Origin: Eukaryota sp. TZLM1-RC
Lineage: Eukaryota > Protista > Metamonada: BaSk clade
NCBI GenBank assembly: GCA_040285825.1
Contig: JAUPSS010000014.1
Coordinates: 324,321 to 388,320, forward strand
Length of the DNA: 64,000 nt
Reading direction: 5' to 3'
A model generated the notes under the pieces. It was not told where the DNA came from. It did not search any database and saw only the letters and a list, made by a program, of their open reading frames with translations. Positions 1 to 13,242 of this stretch are shown here, one piece after another. The position numbers were made by a program, and so were the translations under genes. Each line of letters starts with the position of its first letter. The stretch's first letter is position 1.

Positions 1-2510
1 GCTTTGTCAGCTTTAAGTCCCGGAGTTAAAGCACCCAACAATAAAAATACAATAGATAAACTAAAAATAATTCATCCTTATGAAGACCCTATAATGGATC
101 AAAATTTTTACGGCACATACTGGGAAAATTATCCATTGATGCCATCAGAAGTTTGTTCGGTGATCAAAAAGAGACCACGCGGTAAGTCTGCCGGACTTTC
201 TGGTATTACTATTGATCATGTAAAAGCCGTAATTATTTATTCAGAGGATTGTCTTGGTTTATTAACCAAATTTTTCAACAAAATATTGTCTGGTCAACTC
301 AAATACCCAGAAGAATTAAGAAGTTCTCGTTTGACTGCACTTGTCAAAAATTCAAAAATGGATGTTCGTCCTATTGCAGTCTCTGAGAGCTTACATAATA
401 TTTTTTCTGCGTGTTGCGTAAGCAGGTTCAATGAGAAAGCAAAAAAAATTTATTACCCTTTCAATATGGTATTAATACCACAGATGGAGTCTCTTCAGCG
501 ATATTTGCTACTGATGTTTTATTTCGCCAAAATGAATCCAATGTTTGTATGTCATTGGATTTTAGTAATGCTTTCAATTCACTAAGTCGTCGCAGTATCT
601 ATGGTGCTCTATTGCAATATATGCCGGAATTAATACCGTATTTTCAATCAACATATTGCACATATTCTAATTTACATTTTGGTAATAACATTTTGAGTTC
701 ATAAAGTGGTGTAAAACAAGGAGATCCGTTAGGACCTCTTTTGTTTTGTTTGGCCATTCATCCTATTTTACTGCAAATTCAAGAGATGTTTCCTTCACTG
801 AAAATGATTACATTTATGGATGATGTTGTGCTTATTGGTGATTTAAATATTGTGAAACAAGCAACTGTATGTTTTAAAGAATTATTTATGAAAATTGGTC
901 TCCGACTTAATTTACTTAAATGTGTTTTGTTATCGAATTCTCCAGTTTCCACAATAGTTGATGGTATTGAAATTCAAGCCAAATTATATTCAATTGATGC
1001 TATTCGTCATTTGGGTTCGTTTACAGGAAATAATGATGAAATTACCAAAAAATTGTTTGAAAAGTTGAACTCAATTTCTGACAAAATTGACCGAATGATG
1101 AATTTAGATATAAAAAAACACATCAAATTTACCATTGTAAGATTGTGTTTTAGTTCCAATTTTAATCATATATTTCGATCTACAAATCCTCTCGCCACTA
1201 GACCTTTGGCTCAGAAGTTTAATGAGTTACGTGCAAAAGTTCTGTCTCAATTACTGGGATGTAACATGTTTCAAATTCCAGATCATGCTTACCTTAGTCC
1301 ACATTATGGCGGTTTAGGGTGGACGAAGGCTTCTATTCTTACCTCGTGTGCTTTTGTTGGTGGATGCAGAAATGCAATCTTTGAGTTTTCCGAATGATTT
1401 GCAGATTGGGAAGATTTATTGATGACAACGCAAAGTTCCACTGTTTTTGCATTAAATGAAGAAATTTCAAAAATTGATGTAGACAAATGTGGTCGATGTT
1501 TTCCCCAATCATTCAATGGCAATCTTCCAGAAAAAAATGTTTTAAATTTGAAGTACACTCTTCGAACATTACAGAAACGATTGACTGGAATGTATGAAAA
1601 AGATCTTTATAATAATATATGCAGCTCGGCTGTTTTAAATCAAGATCTTCACTCATTGTTATTGGAAAAGGGTGTTTGTGAAAACAAGTCGTCAGATTCT
1701 TCACTTTTTGTAACCATTGTACCACGAAGATTTGGACTGTGTGCCACTAATGAAGCATTTGTAACAAAAATGAGATTATATTTGAACATCCCCATTAATC
1801 AATTATTATCAAAAGAAAAATGTATTTGTTCGAATTCACCTCAACTCACTTTGCACCATGCTCTGAATTGCTCTAAATTGATAACTTATCGTTTTTCATT
1901 ACATGATGCTGTTAGAGACACTGTTTTCAATATGGCACAAACTGCAAGGATATCGTGTATCAAAGAGCCCCTGCTGAAGGAAACACTTTCTCTGAATAAT
2001 TTTGGTTCTGATGATAGAGGTGATGTATACTGTGATTGGATTGATAATTCTGAAGCTATTGTTGACTTTGTCTCATGTAATGTTGCAAATGATACTTTGG
2101 TTCACACAAGAAAACTTAATCCTGTGGCTGCTCTGGATTTCAAAGCAAAAGAGAAACATAGAAAATATGATAAAGATATTGAAGAGGCTAATGTCGATAG
2201 AAATACACAGCTGGTTTTTATTGCTTTCCCATTTTCGATAAATGGAAGATTATCAGTTGAAGCAGAAACTTTTTTGAATGACTTCCAAAAATGGTGCAAG
2301 AAAAAACAATGAAAAGATTTGATATTTTTTTATGGCGCTCACGGATTCAATTTGCAATTATTAATAGATTACCACGGTTTTTCAATCGAATAAGAGAAGC
2401 TTTGGCTAGACAGCAAGCAGATCAAGATTTTGTAGAGGAAATCTTGGTTCAATGATAGTCGTCCCATTAGTTATGAGTTAATTTAATTAAGTGTGCATGT
2501 TCAATAAATA
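1..2510 (+). mobile_element. Degenerate CRE-like non-LTR retrotransposon, family 1 (RT + CCHC zinc knuckle + restriction-like endonuclease); 5' end outside the window
   Basis: Consecutive frames carry RT motifs KSAGLSG, VRPIAVSE, LDFSNAFNSLSR (~556), SGVKQGDPLGPLLF (~705) and FMDDV. They are followed by CxC...HALNC, HDAVRD, RGD..D..KxxKY and PFSINGRL. Broken by a frameshift in an A run (~445), stops (~701, 1395) and a 3' frameshift. Confidence 0.9.
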
Positions 2511-4400
2511 TTGATTTATGCTTATATGGATGACATTTTTATTATTGGTTTTTTTGAGAGCATTTGTAGGGTTTCTGAAAACATTGCTGCGAACTACAAA
2601 GACATTGGATTAGCCTTGAATCCAACCAAATGTCTCTTGATTGGAAGAACAAAACAATTTTTGTTGATTGAGCACCATCAGAATGATGATGCTCAGATTT
2701 CCTTTATTAATTATGACCAACAAACGTTCAAGTTTCTTGGATGTTGGTTAGGTAATTTGGCTGAAATTTATTCCCAGTTGAACAATTTATTGGAGAATTT
2801 TGATAAGGATCTTAGTTTTATTGTTGAATGTGATATTGAAAAACACATCAAATTTTTTATTTTAAAAATTTGTTATTCTGGAAAAATCACTCATATTTTG
2901 AGGTCAACTCCACCTTCAGTGTATCATGATTTTTGCAGCTCTTTCAACAAACTTCGGGTCAACTTTCTTTCTTCTTTATTGGAAATAAATGAGTCTTTAA
3001 TTCGAAGTCATGTATTTTGTTCTGCTAAATTGGGTGGAATTCTTTTCACTAAATCTTCAATTTTATGTAAAGCAGCTTTTTTAGGAGGTGGAAAAAATTA
3101 TATATTTGAATTTTTCCAAAGCTTCCCTTATGTTGTTCATCTGATCCATGATGAATCGAATTTATTTAAATCAACTTCAATTTGAATTAGATAATTTGCC
3201 TAGTGATATCTGGATTCAGTGTTTTCCTCAAATTGTTCAAGAAATTTCCAACCGATCGCTTCCAAATTTACGTTTTTGCTTGAAAAAGCTTCAGCACCGT
3301 CTGGTTAAAGTATATGAAGGCTTGGATTATGAAGTAAGATTTGGTTTGGGCAAAATTGAAAATCCCACTTTCGGAAATTTTTTAAAGGACGTTAGTGATA
3401 GTTCTGCTACTACTTTTGTGACGCAAATTTTTTGTGTATATGGACTTTTGTTAAAAAACAATGAATGGCTTTTGAACATGTGTTTTCGTTGTTTTCTGTG
3501 GCCAAACAATTTGCCTAATCATTTGACATGTAAATGTGGTAAACTTCTTTTGTTTACTCATCTTTTGAACGTCAAGCAGTTTATTACATTTAAAAGTAAA
3601 GTACATAATAATGTCAGGGACCAGATTTATGTAAGGTGTAAATCATATTGAGTAGATTCCTTTTTAGAGCCTTTGTTATCAAAATTAATTCTTGATGACC
3701 CCAATATTGTTAGTATGCGCTACACCAGAGCTTCTATGGGTTTGACAAGAGGTGATCTGGTTGTTCGCGGCTTAAATGGTAGTTTTACTATTTTAGACGC
3801 CATGTCCATTGATCCTTGTAATTCTTCCAACGAACATTTCATTAACTCGGATGTAAATAATCCTCTTCTTGCTGGCGAAACATATAAAATTGCTAAATAT
3901 GCGAAACCCATTTCCTCAGTGAATGAAAATTCTCATGTCCAATATTGATGCCGTTAGGCAGAAATACCAAAGAAGTAAAGAGAGAAAAAAGAACTTTATT
4001 AATAGAAATACTTGTTCTTGAACAAGTGCCACATCATCATGTGAATTTCTCATCTGTCTACCAAGTTAGTTTATCAGTAACAACAACATTATAATTTATG
4101 TCCCTTTGTTTTTTTTGCTTGGATCTCTAGGTGAGGCTGCTATGGCTTTCCTGGAGGATTTTGTTGTAGTTGTGAAGAAAAGGACTGGAAGAATTTTCAA
4201 TCGTGTTTACTGGCAAAACAGGATTGTATTTTCTATTTTAAAGGAAATGGTTAAACTGATTTCTGATTCACTCTCTTCTTTTGAGAAATTTTCTGAATCT
4301 TAAGCAATTAATTGTTTTAAAGCAGGGGAGACAGATTTTGAGGATGTGGAGCTTTAGTTGTGTATTTTATGTTTTCATATTTGTTGTTGAATAAAAAGAA
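2511..4400 (+). mobile_element. 5'-truncated degenerate CRE-like non-LTR retrotransposon, family 2
   Basis: YMDD, FKFLGC, CKCG...HLLN, HNNVRD, RGDL..LD..KIAKY and PFVFxLxGxLG across frameshifted ORFs 2511-3185, 3148-3651, 3673-3948, 4106-4303. Paralogous to family 1. Interrupted at 3946-4088. Confidence 0.88.
3946..4088. mobile_element. Solo-LTR-like insert (143 bp, TG...CA)
   Basis: Starts TGATG, ends CAACA, flanked by ATAT/TTAT (4-bp TSD with one mismatch). Removing it restores the retroelement frame HVQY-NLCPFVF. Related copy at 12464-12605. Confidence 0.75.
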
Positions 4401-4429
4401 TTTGTTTGATCTCTATTTCTATCAGTATA

Positions 4430-4850
4430 AGCTTCCTCAATATTTTTGTCATATTTTCAATGTTTTTCTTTCGCTTTATATTAAGGAGCCTCTACAGGAT
4501 TTTCCTTCTTTGAACCAAAATTGTATTTACAACATTTCAGGAAACAAAATAAAACAACTTCAGAGTTACCAATCCAAAAGCTGTAAATATCACCTCTGTC
4601 ATCAGAACCAATTATTTCATGGAAAGGATTTTTTCGCAGAGACGTATTGATACACAAGACTCTTGGATTTCTGACCTCATTTAAAACATTGTTTGCTACA
4701 GCAACATGTAATGAAGAACCAGAAGTTGTCAATATAGGAAAATTAGAACATGACAAAAGGTGAGCCGGGATCAATACAAACAAATAGAGTATTCTTGTTT
4801 TAAAAGTTGGTGAATTAGTATATTTAGATGAAACCTCATTTTTGTTACAA
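4430..4850 (-). mobile_element. Fragment of family-1 retrotransposon endonuclease region
   Basis: ORF 4481-4783 contains IIGSDDRGDIY, matching FGSDDRGDVY of ORF 1419-2312. Confidence 0.75.
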
Positions 4851-5123
4851 ACCAGTTCAACAAAATTAGTTTATGAATCTGCCAAACTCATTATCCAAAC
4901 TACTATAAAACCTTATAAAAAATATGATATTCTAAACTTTTGCTGAAACTTTGCTTGAATCATCACGCAATTCTCCGAATGAATCCCTTAAAATGTGACT
5001 TATTTTCCAAAATCAAAAGTGAGTTGAATGGCGACAAGAAAGAATTTGATTTCCATCAGAACTTTGTTGAATACCGTAAACCAACCAATATCAATATCGT
5101 ATTTATTTATAAAAACACCCAAA

Positions 5124-7641
5124 CTAAAGTCTTGGCATTGATTTTGGAGGTTCCGATGATGACAGCATACTTTGTGATCTTTGTGGAAATCTATTAGGGT
5201 TCTGTGACCTTGTCCACACAATGGAGTAATCATCATCAGTTTGAAAACCCAAGTGGGCTTGTTCAATACCAGCTTTGAAATCTTGCACTGCGGTAGCTAC
5301 CATCTGGAACTTTTCATTGTTTAAAACATAAAAGAAATCATCCTCTAGGGGACGGCGGGGAGAAAACTCAACTGTAGAAAAGTCTGTTGACTGAATGGAG
5401 AGCAGGAGTGAAGCTGAAAAATGTGGTTTTTCTGGATTGTAGTAGATTGACCTTGGTGTTCTCAGATGTTCTGCAACGTTTTTCCTTGATCTAATCTCTC
5501 CAGTCTTGATTTGTATCTGCAGTACTCCAAGATAATCGGCCGCATAATTGTTCCTTATGGCTTTCACTATCTCCTCCACTGTTGGAAAATCGTGGGATTC
5601 AGAGGGCTTAAACACAACAGGGACAATAGCATCAATATCCGCTGTTCCGGGCGGGAGAACCACTATTGTTCGATGGATAAAGGCTCCCAGAAGCATAAAA
5701 TAGAAGTCTTGGGGTTCTTGAAGGTCAACAGTGGTCAACATTGATTCACAAATACTTATATATCCAGCAGCATTCAGTTTTCTAGTATTTTTTGATGAAG
5801 GTAATCGATAACAATGACAATTCTCCTCTAAGAATAAACGTAGAGGAATCGGATACAAGTGTGAGAAAAGTTGAAAATTGGCAGGTATTTGGATTAACGA
5901 GTTGAAATTTAATTGACTGAATTGAAACAAATAGAGGAGAACACCAACACAAACAGGCTCGATAAGGATTCCCAAGGTTGTAGGAGCAACATGAGTAGTG
6001 AGAAGCTCCTTCATGATATCAATCAATGTTGACTGCCATGGTGCACTTGCTTTCAAATGTAGATAATTCCATGCAAAATGGGACAGAATAGGATCAACAG
6101 TGGGAAGAAGATAGGAGAAAACTCTATTTCCAAAATTGGAAGGAAAGAATTTGATAACGGCAAAGGAACAATGAACAAAATGGGAGAGTAGTGACTCATG
6201 TATAGCAACACCCTCTAGAATAAGAGAGAGGACAATGGCAGCATCTTTTGGAAGGACAGTACTATTGAAGGCATTTTCCACCTTCAAATTTACCTGAGTA
6301 GCAAAAAACATGAGTGAACTTGAATTGAGCGCATATGTTAACCATAGAGGTCTACAACTAACAGCATTTCTGAGAGACAGAAGTGGAGACACCAACGTTT
6401 GAAAATACCCTGATTGTGATTGGGGAGGAAACAACTGAAACATTCCCGTTGAAAGTGGAGGTAGTGTGGTGCCGCATTGCACATGACTAACCATGTAAGG
6501 TTTCAACATGGGAGTTCTATAAGCACCTTCCTTCACTGCATCATGGCAAAAATGACGAAGAGAAGTGTGTGTTCCTGCAACCACAACTAGTAATTGAAAA
6601 TGTTGTGTAAATAGATTTCGTGCAGCATGGCGCAAACAGCGATATAGATTCCATTCACTATCCATCCCGTTTGTTCCTGTGTTGAGACAGTTGTTGATTA
6701 GGGACACCGCACTTGAATCGATTAAACTGCTGACCTCATCAGCAAATAGGACATATACAAATTCACGGGAGTGGTTCCGCTGAAGCAGTTGCACTAACGT
6801 CTCCGTCATGGCAGATATCGGCTCATTCTGCCGAAAATGGCCATTGAAAAGTTCCTTTGCCTGATCGACAACATTGTGGAAGGCTTCAACATACTCAGAT
6901 CTTTTTCGTCACCCCTTTCCAATCAGTTGGCTGTTCAGAGAGGAAAGATGCAATGATCATACACTGACAAGCAAATACAAACATTTTTACTCGTTCCCCT
7001 CTTTCCTCTTGTTGACAGGCCACTGGAACTAATGATTGAACAAAGGAAATTACACTAGGATCTGAAGGCGGCCAGGTATCTAATATGTCTCCAGTTTTTG
7101 AGTATCTTGGGAAAGTAAAGTATGATGCCTTGTATTTGGTGTCGTTTTGTAGCCTGCTACATGTTTCGATCATAAATCTGGTCTTGCCCATACCAGTTGA
7201 GTTGATAAGAGGTAGTACATTGGAATGGTAATTTAAAAGCAGATTAGCAGATGTATACTGAGGTAGTAGTTTCATAAACGTCTGGTAATGTCCAATATCT
7301 ACATAGTCAGGAACCAAAAGATCTTGTTGCAGATTTCGTGCTATTTGATCTGGTCTGTCTACTTCTATACTCTCTTGTACAAGGTGGAAAACATGCAGGG
7401 GAGGTTCAGTGGGTGCTTTGTGTAATGATAGTAGACTTGAATCAACGTTGAGCATCAAAATCAGTGGTTCCAATGAATTGAGGTATACGTCCTCTACTTG
7501 GTTCACTGGAAATCCTGCACGTCGTGCTTTCATATGAAATCGTAAAGGGTCTTTCACCTGATTATCAGGACCGCTCATCTCTTGGAGCAATGATACAAAC
7601 TTTGGAAGGTCATGAAAATACAGAGTCGTTTCTGTAGGCAT
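5124..7641 (-). pseudogene. Crinkler/CR-type P-loop NTPase + PD-(D/E)xK nuclease gene, copy 1, single frameshift
   Basis: ORFs 6895-7641 and 5124-6809 together match the intact gene at 31711-34227. Frameshift at ~6902-6906 (GACGAAAAAGATCT vs GACGCAAAGATCT) is in a homopolymer, so it may be an assembly error. Confidence 0.75.
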
Positions 7642-8059
7642 GTTGCTGGTAGAAGGATAAACTGTAGATAGTGGTAATGAATTCAGAAAGAGGATATCAC
7701 AATATTATGGTCCTTCTCTGACTATAAAATTACTTCTCTGTGGAGTTCCTGCGATGCAAGACGTAGACGCTGTTGAATGTGATAGTTGGATGAAGCAAAT
7801 TAGTAGTATTTTTAATTATATCAAATAATGAGAAATAATTTAGATTGTCTGTCAATCCAAAAACAAACTTAAGCATGCTGTTGGTTCGTGCCACTCACGT
7901 TACAGTATCAAAACAATGGTTGTTATCTTGTGACCAAATAGATGGACCGTGAAGTGTGTGGAATATAGTTGTGATTCCGAAATACGTAGCACACTCTAGA
8001 ATAGTGTAAAGACTAACACGAACGCATAATACATTACAAATATGGCCAGTATTCAAACA

Positions 8060-8900
8060 AAAGTCGATACAAAATTTTTTTGATAACGTAGACATTACAC
8101 AAGATGATGAACATAGTTTTTGGCTATTGAAACAAACTATATTAAGATTTGAGAGCAAAACAAGTAACTATTGATATAACCCTTGGATGCCACGTAAACA
8201 ACTTTGCTATGTTGCCTATGATATTATACTTAATGCTGTTTTCACTCTTTGAAGGGGTAATCCATCACCCACTTTTCCCAAACCAAATAATCTCTTCACG
8301 ATTTGCAACCATGTTTTTAATTATCTGGACAAAATTGCTGAACCTCCTTTGGCGACAGATATAAAAGTCAATGCGATCAAGGCGAATGGCTTTTCTTTTT
8401 CCTTGATTAAGATGATAATCCATTAAACTTCAACTGCCAGTGTTGTCTCTGTGAAGATTTCCAGTAAGTCAAGTTCCAGTTCAATAGGTTGAGCAACATC
8501 GACAAACATTGTTGTTATTGATATAAGATACTGATAATAGACCTGAACAGAATAGCAGTATGGAATCAGTTGACTCAACGGAGGAGCGAACATCATCAAG
8601 TGAGGCTTGGGTGCTATGACTAATGCCTGAATTCAGTGATCCACCAGCTTGACCAGCTGTCCAACAGACTAGATTCCGGTAGCTGAACTCGATGGCCATG
8701 CAGAAAGTGTCGAAATTCTCGAAAGGCCTTTGATGCTACCTGGGGTGCTAGTTGCTTTCTGCTACTGGGTCCTGAATTGCTTGCAATCAGTACGTGGAAT
8801 TATTCTACTTTACCTGCGGCTTGGGTCTTCTTCATTTGTCATGATATTTGTGATACTTATCCTCACACGAAAAAGCGAATAATTTTGAATTTGGATAAGT
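8060..8900 (-). pseudogene. Heavily decayed Fanzor/TnpB-like remnant
   Basis: Minus-strand pieces in the expected order: FDTFCMAIEFSYRNLV (RuvC-I-like, cf. GIDPGxRNL), RIDFYICRQRRFSNF, IIWFGKSG, PLQRVKTALS, LRGIQ..LFCSQ, FVSIAKNY (cf. DVSAAKNI). Catalytic acids are lost. Confidence 0.4.
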
Positions 8901-9059
8901 CAACCGTACCTTTAATTTCCAGGTATAATGGAATTCAATGGAATAAAATCAACCATTACATTTTTTTGCAAAAACTCCGATCATTATTCTTGATTCTTGG
9001 ACTTCTTCTATTGAATGTTGAATTAATGTTGATGCAAATAATTCTCTTCTTGTTCAGAC

Positions 9060-9390
9060 AAATACATCATTGCTAAATATACAAAACCTTTGTTTTTTGC
9101 TAATGAAATTTCTCATGCTCTACATAATCTTAGCTAATGTTGCTTTGGCATTCTTTGGCGATTTAAGTGTACTCGCTAAGCAAATGGCTCGGGCATTTTT
9201 CACTCATGTTTACTGGCAAAACAAGTTTGTGAATTCAATTTAACAGTGTGGTGAAATTAATTTGTGATTCTTTGTCTTCCTGTGGGCAATTTTCAGAATC
9301 TTTAACTGCTACGAGGTATGTTTTCAAGACGTGGAGATTAAGGTGTGTTTTTGATTGTTCTGTTTTTCTTCATTGCTTAATAAAAGAAAT
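9060..9390 (+). mobile_element. 3' fragment of family-2 retrotransposon
   Basis: Nucleotide similarity to 3890-4400 (attgctaaatat, gtttactggcaaaaca, tgattctttgtcttc...gaatct). Confidence 0.7.
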
Positions 9391-10399
9391 TTAGTCTTTT
9401 CATGTGAAATAAATTAAAGAAGACTGTGATAATTATCTCAAATTTTGAGCTTTGAAAGACTGAAATGCCCAATTTTTAGAATCACACTTACTGATTAAAG
9501 CAAATTGTAGTCAGTCCCAGAAAGTAAATTTCCTCATTTTTTAAAAAGAAATACTGGCTCCAACCTTGGGATTCTGTTTTTGCCCGGTGTACACTACGGT
9601 GTGCACTATGAAGTATTAAGTAAAACATCAGAATTACAAAGTAGTTGTGGTTTTTGCTTTTTTTGTTTATGCATTGAATTCATTATTGGCAAAAAAATTG
9701 CGTGTCTAAAAGAATTAAGGTAAAAAACGTGATTGAAATTTGTTTATAAACCATAATGACAGCATTATTAATAGGAAAGGCGGAGTGTAAATTTTCTCAG
9801 CTTAAACATGAGAAAAACACTATGACTGAATTGTCAATGATGTTGAAACGAAGCTCTAATTCAGATAGAGTACACAGAACACAGGCGAGTGCACCAGCAC
9901 CTTTAGGGCCAATATTGTTTGACTGAAGATTCATAGTAGTTATAGAACCATCCAAATCGTCACCTAATCATTCAATCCATCCCAATTCATAATTTGACTC
10001 GATGTCATCAAGAATATTTTTTCCACGCATTGGCTGTTTCATTTCACCATGTTCCTTCACTTTTGGCATTCCTTCATTATTAAGTGAAACTGTGTTGGGT
10101 GAATTCCTTGTGTGAAAATGGTTGTGTAGCTGCTTTCAAGGTATCAGTTCCATGGGTAATAGTTCCTACTCCTCCAAAATTTTTCTTTCGAAAAAATTGC
10201 TGTTTGCTAGATTTACTATCAACTTTCTTTCTGTCACGTATTGGTAAATGGTCTAATGAAGCCAATTCCATATGTAATGTCGATTGTGTTAATACTACAT
10301 CCACATCACATATGATGACGTGAACACCTTCCTAAAGAGGCAAGTCACGTTTAGCTACTGCTAACATCTCTTTTGTATTAAATCAATTGGTGAATTGTC

Positions 10400-12080
10400 A
10401 GTGTTCTCAATTAGATCCATTATTGCAAAGTACCTAATTCCAAGTTCCTTGGAATAACAATGTAATGAAGCTCTAATAGTTCCATTATTTTCAGTGTAAC
10501 ACGAACTTCTGAGCCAGCATTATTTATAAATTCACTATCAATCAATCAAGTGCACAATGACAAAGTGGCATGTTATCGAAAGTTAATCAATCCACAACAC
10601 GTAATTTGTTCTTAAAAGCAGTCAAAACAGACCAAACCTCTGACATACTTCGTCTTTGGCTAAAATGAAACTCTAAACATTGAGAAAGTAAAGAGCACAA
10701 ACTTAAAGGTAGGTCTTGATGCAGAGGAATAGACGGATGAGTACCAGAAGTTAGGTTATCGATAATAATTTGCTTATTGCGGTTTCCATGTACTATGCCC
10801 TGCCAAATACTTTGACCAGTAAAGACAAATAGTAATTTCTTTCACCTGAAGCTTGCTCTGGACTAGTGCAACTGGGAGTAACAACTCTTTTCAATCAAAG
10901 AAGGAGACATGGTAAACCGGTGTTTTTCCCACTTCCCCAGTCAATTGATACAGGAACTCTGTCTCTAAACAAGATGTTATCTGGCTTTGGGTCCCTGTGA
11001 AAAAAATGGCATTCGTGACACGTGGCAAGAGTTTTGCTCTTAATTTTTCAAACTTTATCTCTAAGTGTAAAACGTGAAAGTATTTCCATAACCTTCTTCT
11101 TAAACTTGAACAATACCAAATACTCTCGGAACAGAAGGAACGCTGGGAAGAGATATTCAAATGCGGTATTCTCTTGCAAGATCAGCAGATATGCTTTTAT
11201 CATCAACATAAAATTTGATTGCAACATTGGCTAAGCTGTATTCAGCAAATACTTCTGCTTGGCCACTATGAATTCTGGAATTCCAATCAACATCCAGGTC
11301 TTCAGTTTATCAATTCCTAGTTGTTCATCACTACTCTGTAATTGTATAATCTCCTTTTCCTTTCCTTCTTTTTCTTTCAAACATGTCATCATTTCTGCTT
11401 TAAGTTCTTCCCTAACTGTGGTCGCATTTGCTTCAACAATTCTGATTGTTGATCACTGATTTGTCCCAAAATTGGCTGGTCATAAGCAGCAAATGCTGAC
11501 ATAAAAAGTCTTCATCATGAGTAATAATACGTTCTATCTGGATTCTATCACAAGATTTCGTGACGTTCATAGTTTCTTATACAATGATGATGACATCAAT
11601 TTAAAAACTCAAATTCTCAAATTTGACTAATTCTCAGTTTGACAAGTAAATAGCTTGTTGTGTTTTTCAAACTGCCTCTTGAACCTCTCTCAGGCAAATG
11701 CCCTTTTGTACCACTTTGAGCCATTATTCTGGTTCAGACAGGTGGTGATTTTGTTCGTAAGAGCTACAAAGCTATCAATGGTGTAGCAAACAGCGGCAGA
11801 GTTTGAAAGATCGGGAAGCTTCTCTAAGGGAGAGAAGGTAGCCTTGGTGAGACAAAGAACGCGGGCAGCTAAGACCGCCGATTGAGAACGGTTGTACTTG
11901 ACTTGTTTGAGGACAGAGAATACCTGCCTTTTGACACTTCCTATCGGATTTAGAATTAGGTAAGGCAGAATGTTTGGCGATGAGGTCAGCAGCAGTGATA
12001 ATTGGAGGGGACACCAGATCGACCAACATGTTATAGTTCCATTCCGTAAGGTTCAGAGGAACATTGGATATTGAAAGCAA
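10400..12080 (-). pseudogene. Decayed protein kinase gene with N-terminal extension
   Basis: Minus-strand fragments HSGQAEVFAEYSLANVAIKFY...AREYRI (Gly loop, VAIK, alphaC Glu; ~11270-11160), VPRVFGIV, and GIVHGNRNKQIIID (degenerate catalytic loop, ~10800). Many stops and frameshifts; limits approximate. Confidence 0.55.
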
Positions 12081-12229
12081 AGCGTTGAGATCAGGCTCTT
12101 GTCGTCACATTAATGATCCTTTTAGGTGAAATTTCAATTGTATATTTTTACAATTAAAATCAATAATTCAGGGCTTCACAACACAAATATTGATTTTGTC
12201 AATGACATTAATTTTTTCGGTAGATCAGA

Positions 12230-13080
12230 GTCATCTGTTCTGTTACTTTCCCAAATGATTTTTTCTGCTGTCGAATAATCTAATTGTTTAGTTACAGCTG
12301 TTGAAAAATTTGGTGCTCTTTGTTATTCAAAAATAAATCGAGTATCACGGATTTTCAACTTCCTTCGTTGATGAACAAAGAGAAACATTTCAGGGGTTTT
12401 AGGTAAATAATACCCTGAGAGCATCATGTGATGACGAACAATAAGCTATCTATTAAGGACATTTGATGCCGTTAGGCAGAAATGCCAAAGAAGTAAAGAG
12501 AGAAAAGAGCGTTTCTTAATGAAGAAACCTGTTCTTCAACGAGTGCCACGTCATCAAGTGAAATTCTGAGATAACTACTAACCTTATTTATCAGTAACTA
12601 TAACACATTTAAAGCATGACATAAGGTGAGCTGTTATGAATTAGAACAAATACTAGTTTTTTGTAATAAAAGTTAGGGATATTGAGATGTAACCTCATTT
12701 GTGTTATGAAAGCTTCATTATCAGCACATATCATAAACCTTATTGGTGCAATAGAAACAAATAGTGATGTTTCTGATGACTCATTCTCACGTACATCTAA
12801 TGTAAAACTTGGCCCGACAGCCAACCTAGTTGTAGACATTTTTAAAGAGACCATTTTCATACGTTTTGATCATTAGTTTTTGTAGTGTTCGAAGTAGTGT
12901 TATTTTTCAAATTCAATTTTGGTTCAGGAATATTGCCAAAGAATGACTGAGGAAAACACTGATTTCGTTTTTTGGATCCGTAATGTTATTCAAAATGGAG
13001 TTAATACCACGAGGAAGAGCTTTCAATAACGAAAATTCTGTTCTTCCAAATCAACAAATCGATTGCACGACCACTTTCTT
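12230..13080 (-). mobile_element. Decayed family-1 retrotransposon fragment
   Basis: ORF 12609-12860 SSETSLFVSIAPIRF..ADNEAFITQMRLHLNIP matches SSDSSLFVTIVPRRF..ATNEAFVTKMRLYLNIP of ORF 1419-2312. Confidence 0.8.
12464..12605. mobile_element. Solo-LTR-like insert (142 bp, TG...CA) with perfect 4-bp TSD
   Basis: CATT-[TGATGCCGTTAGGCAGAAAT...ACTATAACA]-CATT. Same family as 3946-4088. Confidence 0.85.
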
Positions 13081-13242
13081 TGAGAAGATTTCCCAAATCA
13101 TCTCAAAAATGGAGACCTTCAGTTTTAATGGTACCAAAAATAGAAATGGCAATTGGGATTGAGTAAATGTCGAATGAAATGAGATTATTGTATTTCGTGT
13201 TGTGTTCAATTTCAATTTAATATCCAAATAAAAGTTCTTGAC

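Noticed and set aside
700-1400. In-frame TAA/TGA in retroelement and Fanzor frames as a sign of an alternative genetic code
   Set aside because: Conserved host genes are long uninterrupted frames in the standard code ending in TAA, TAG or TGA. The stops occur together with frameshifts in decayed elements.
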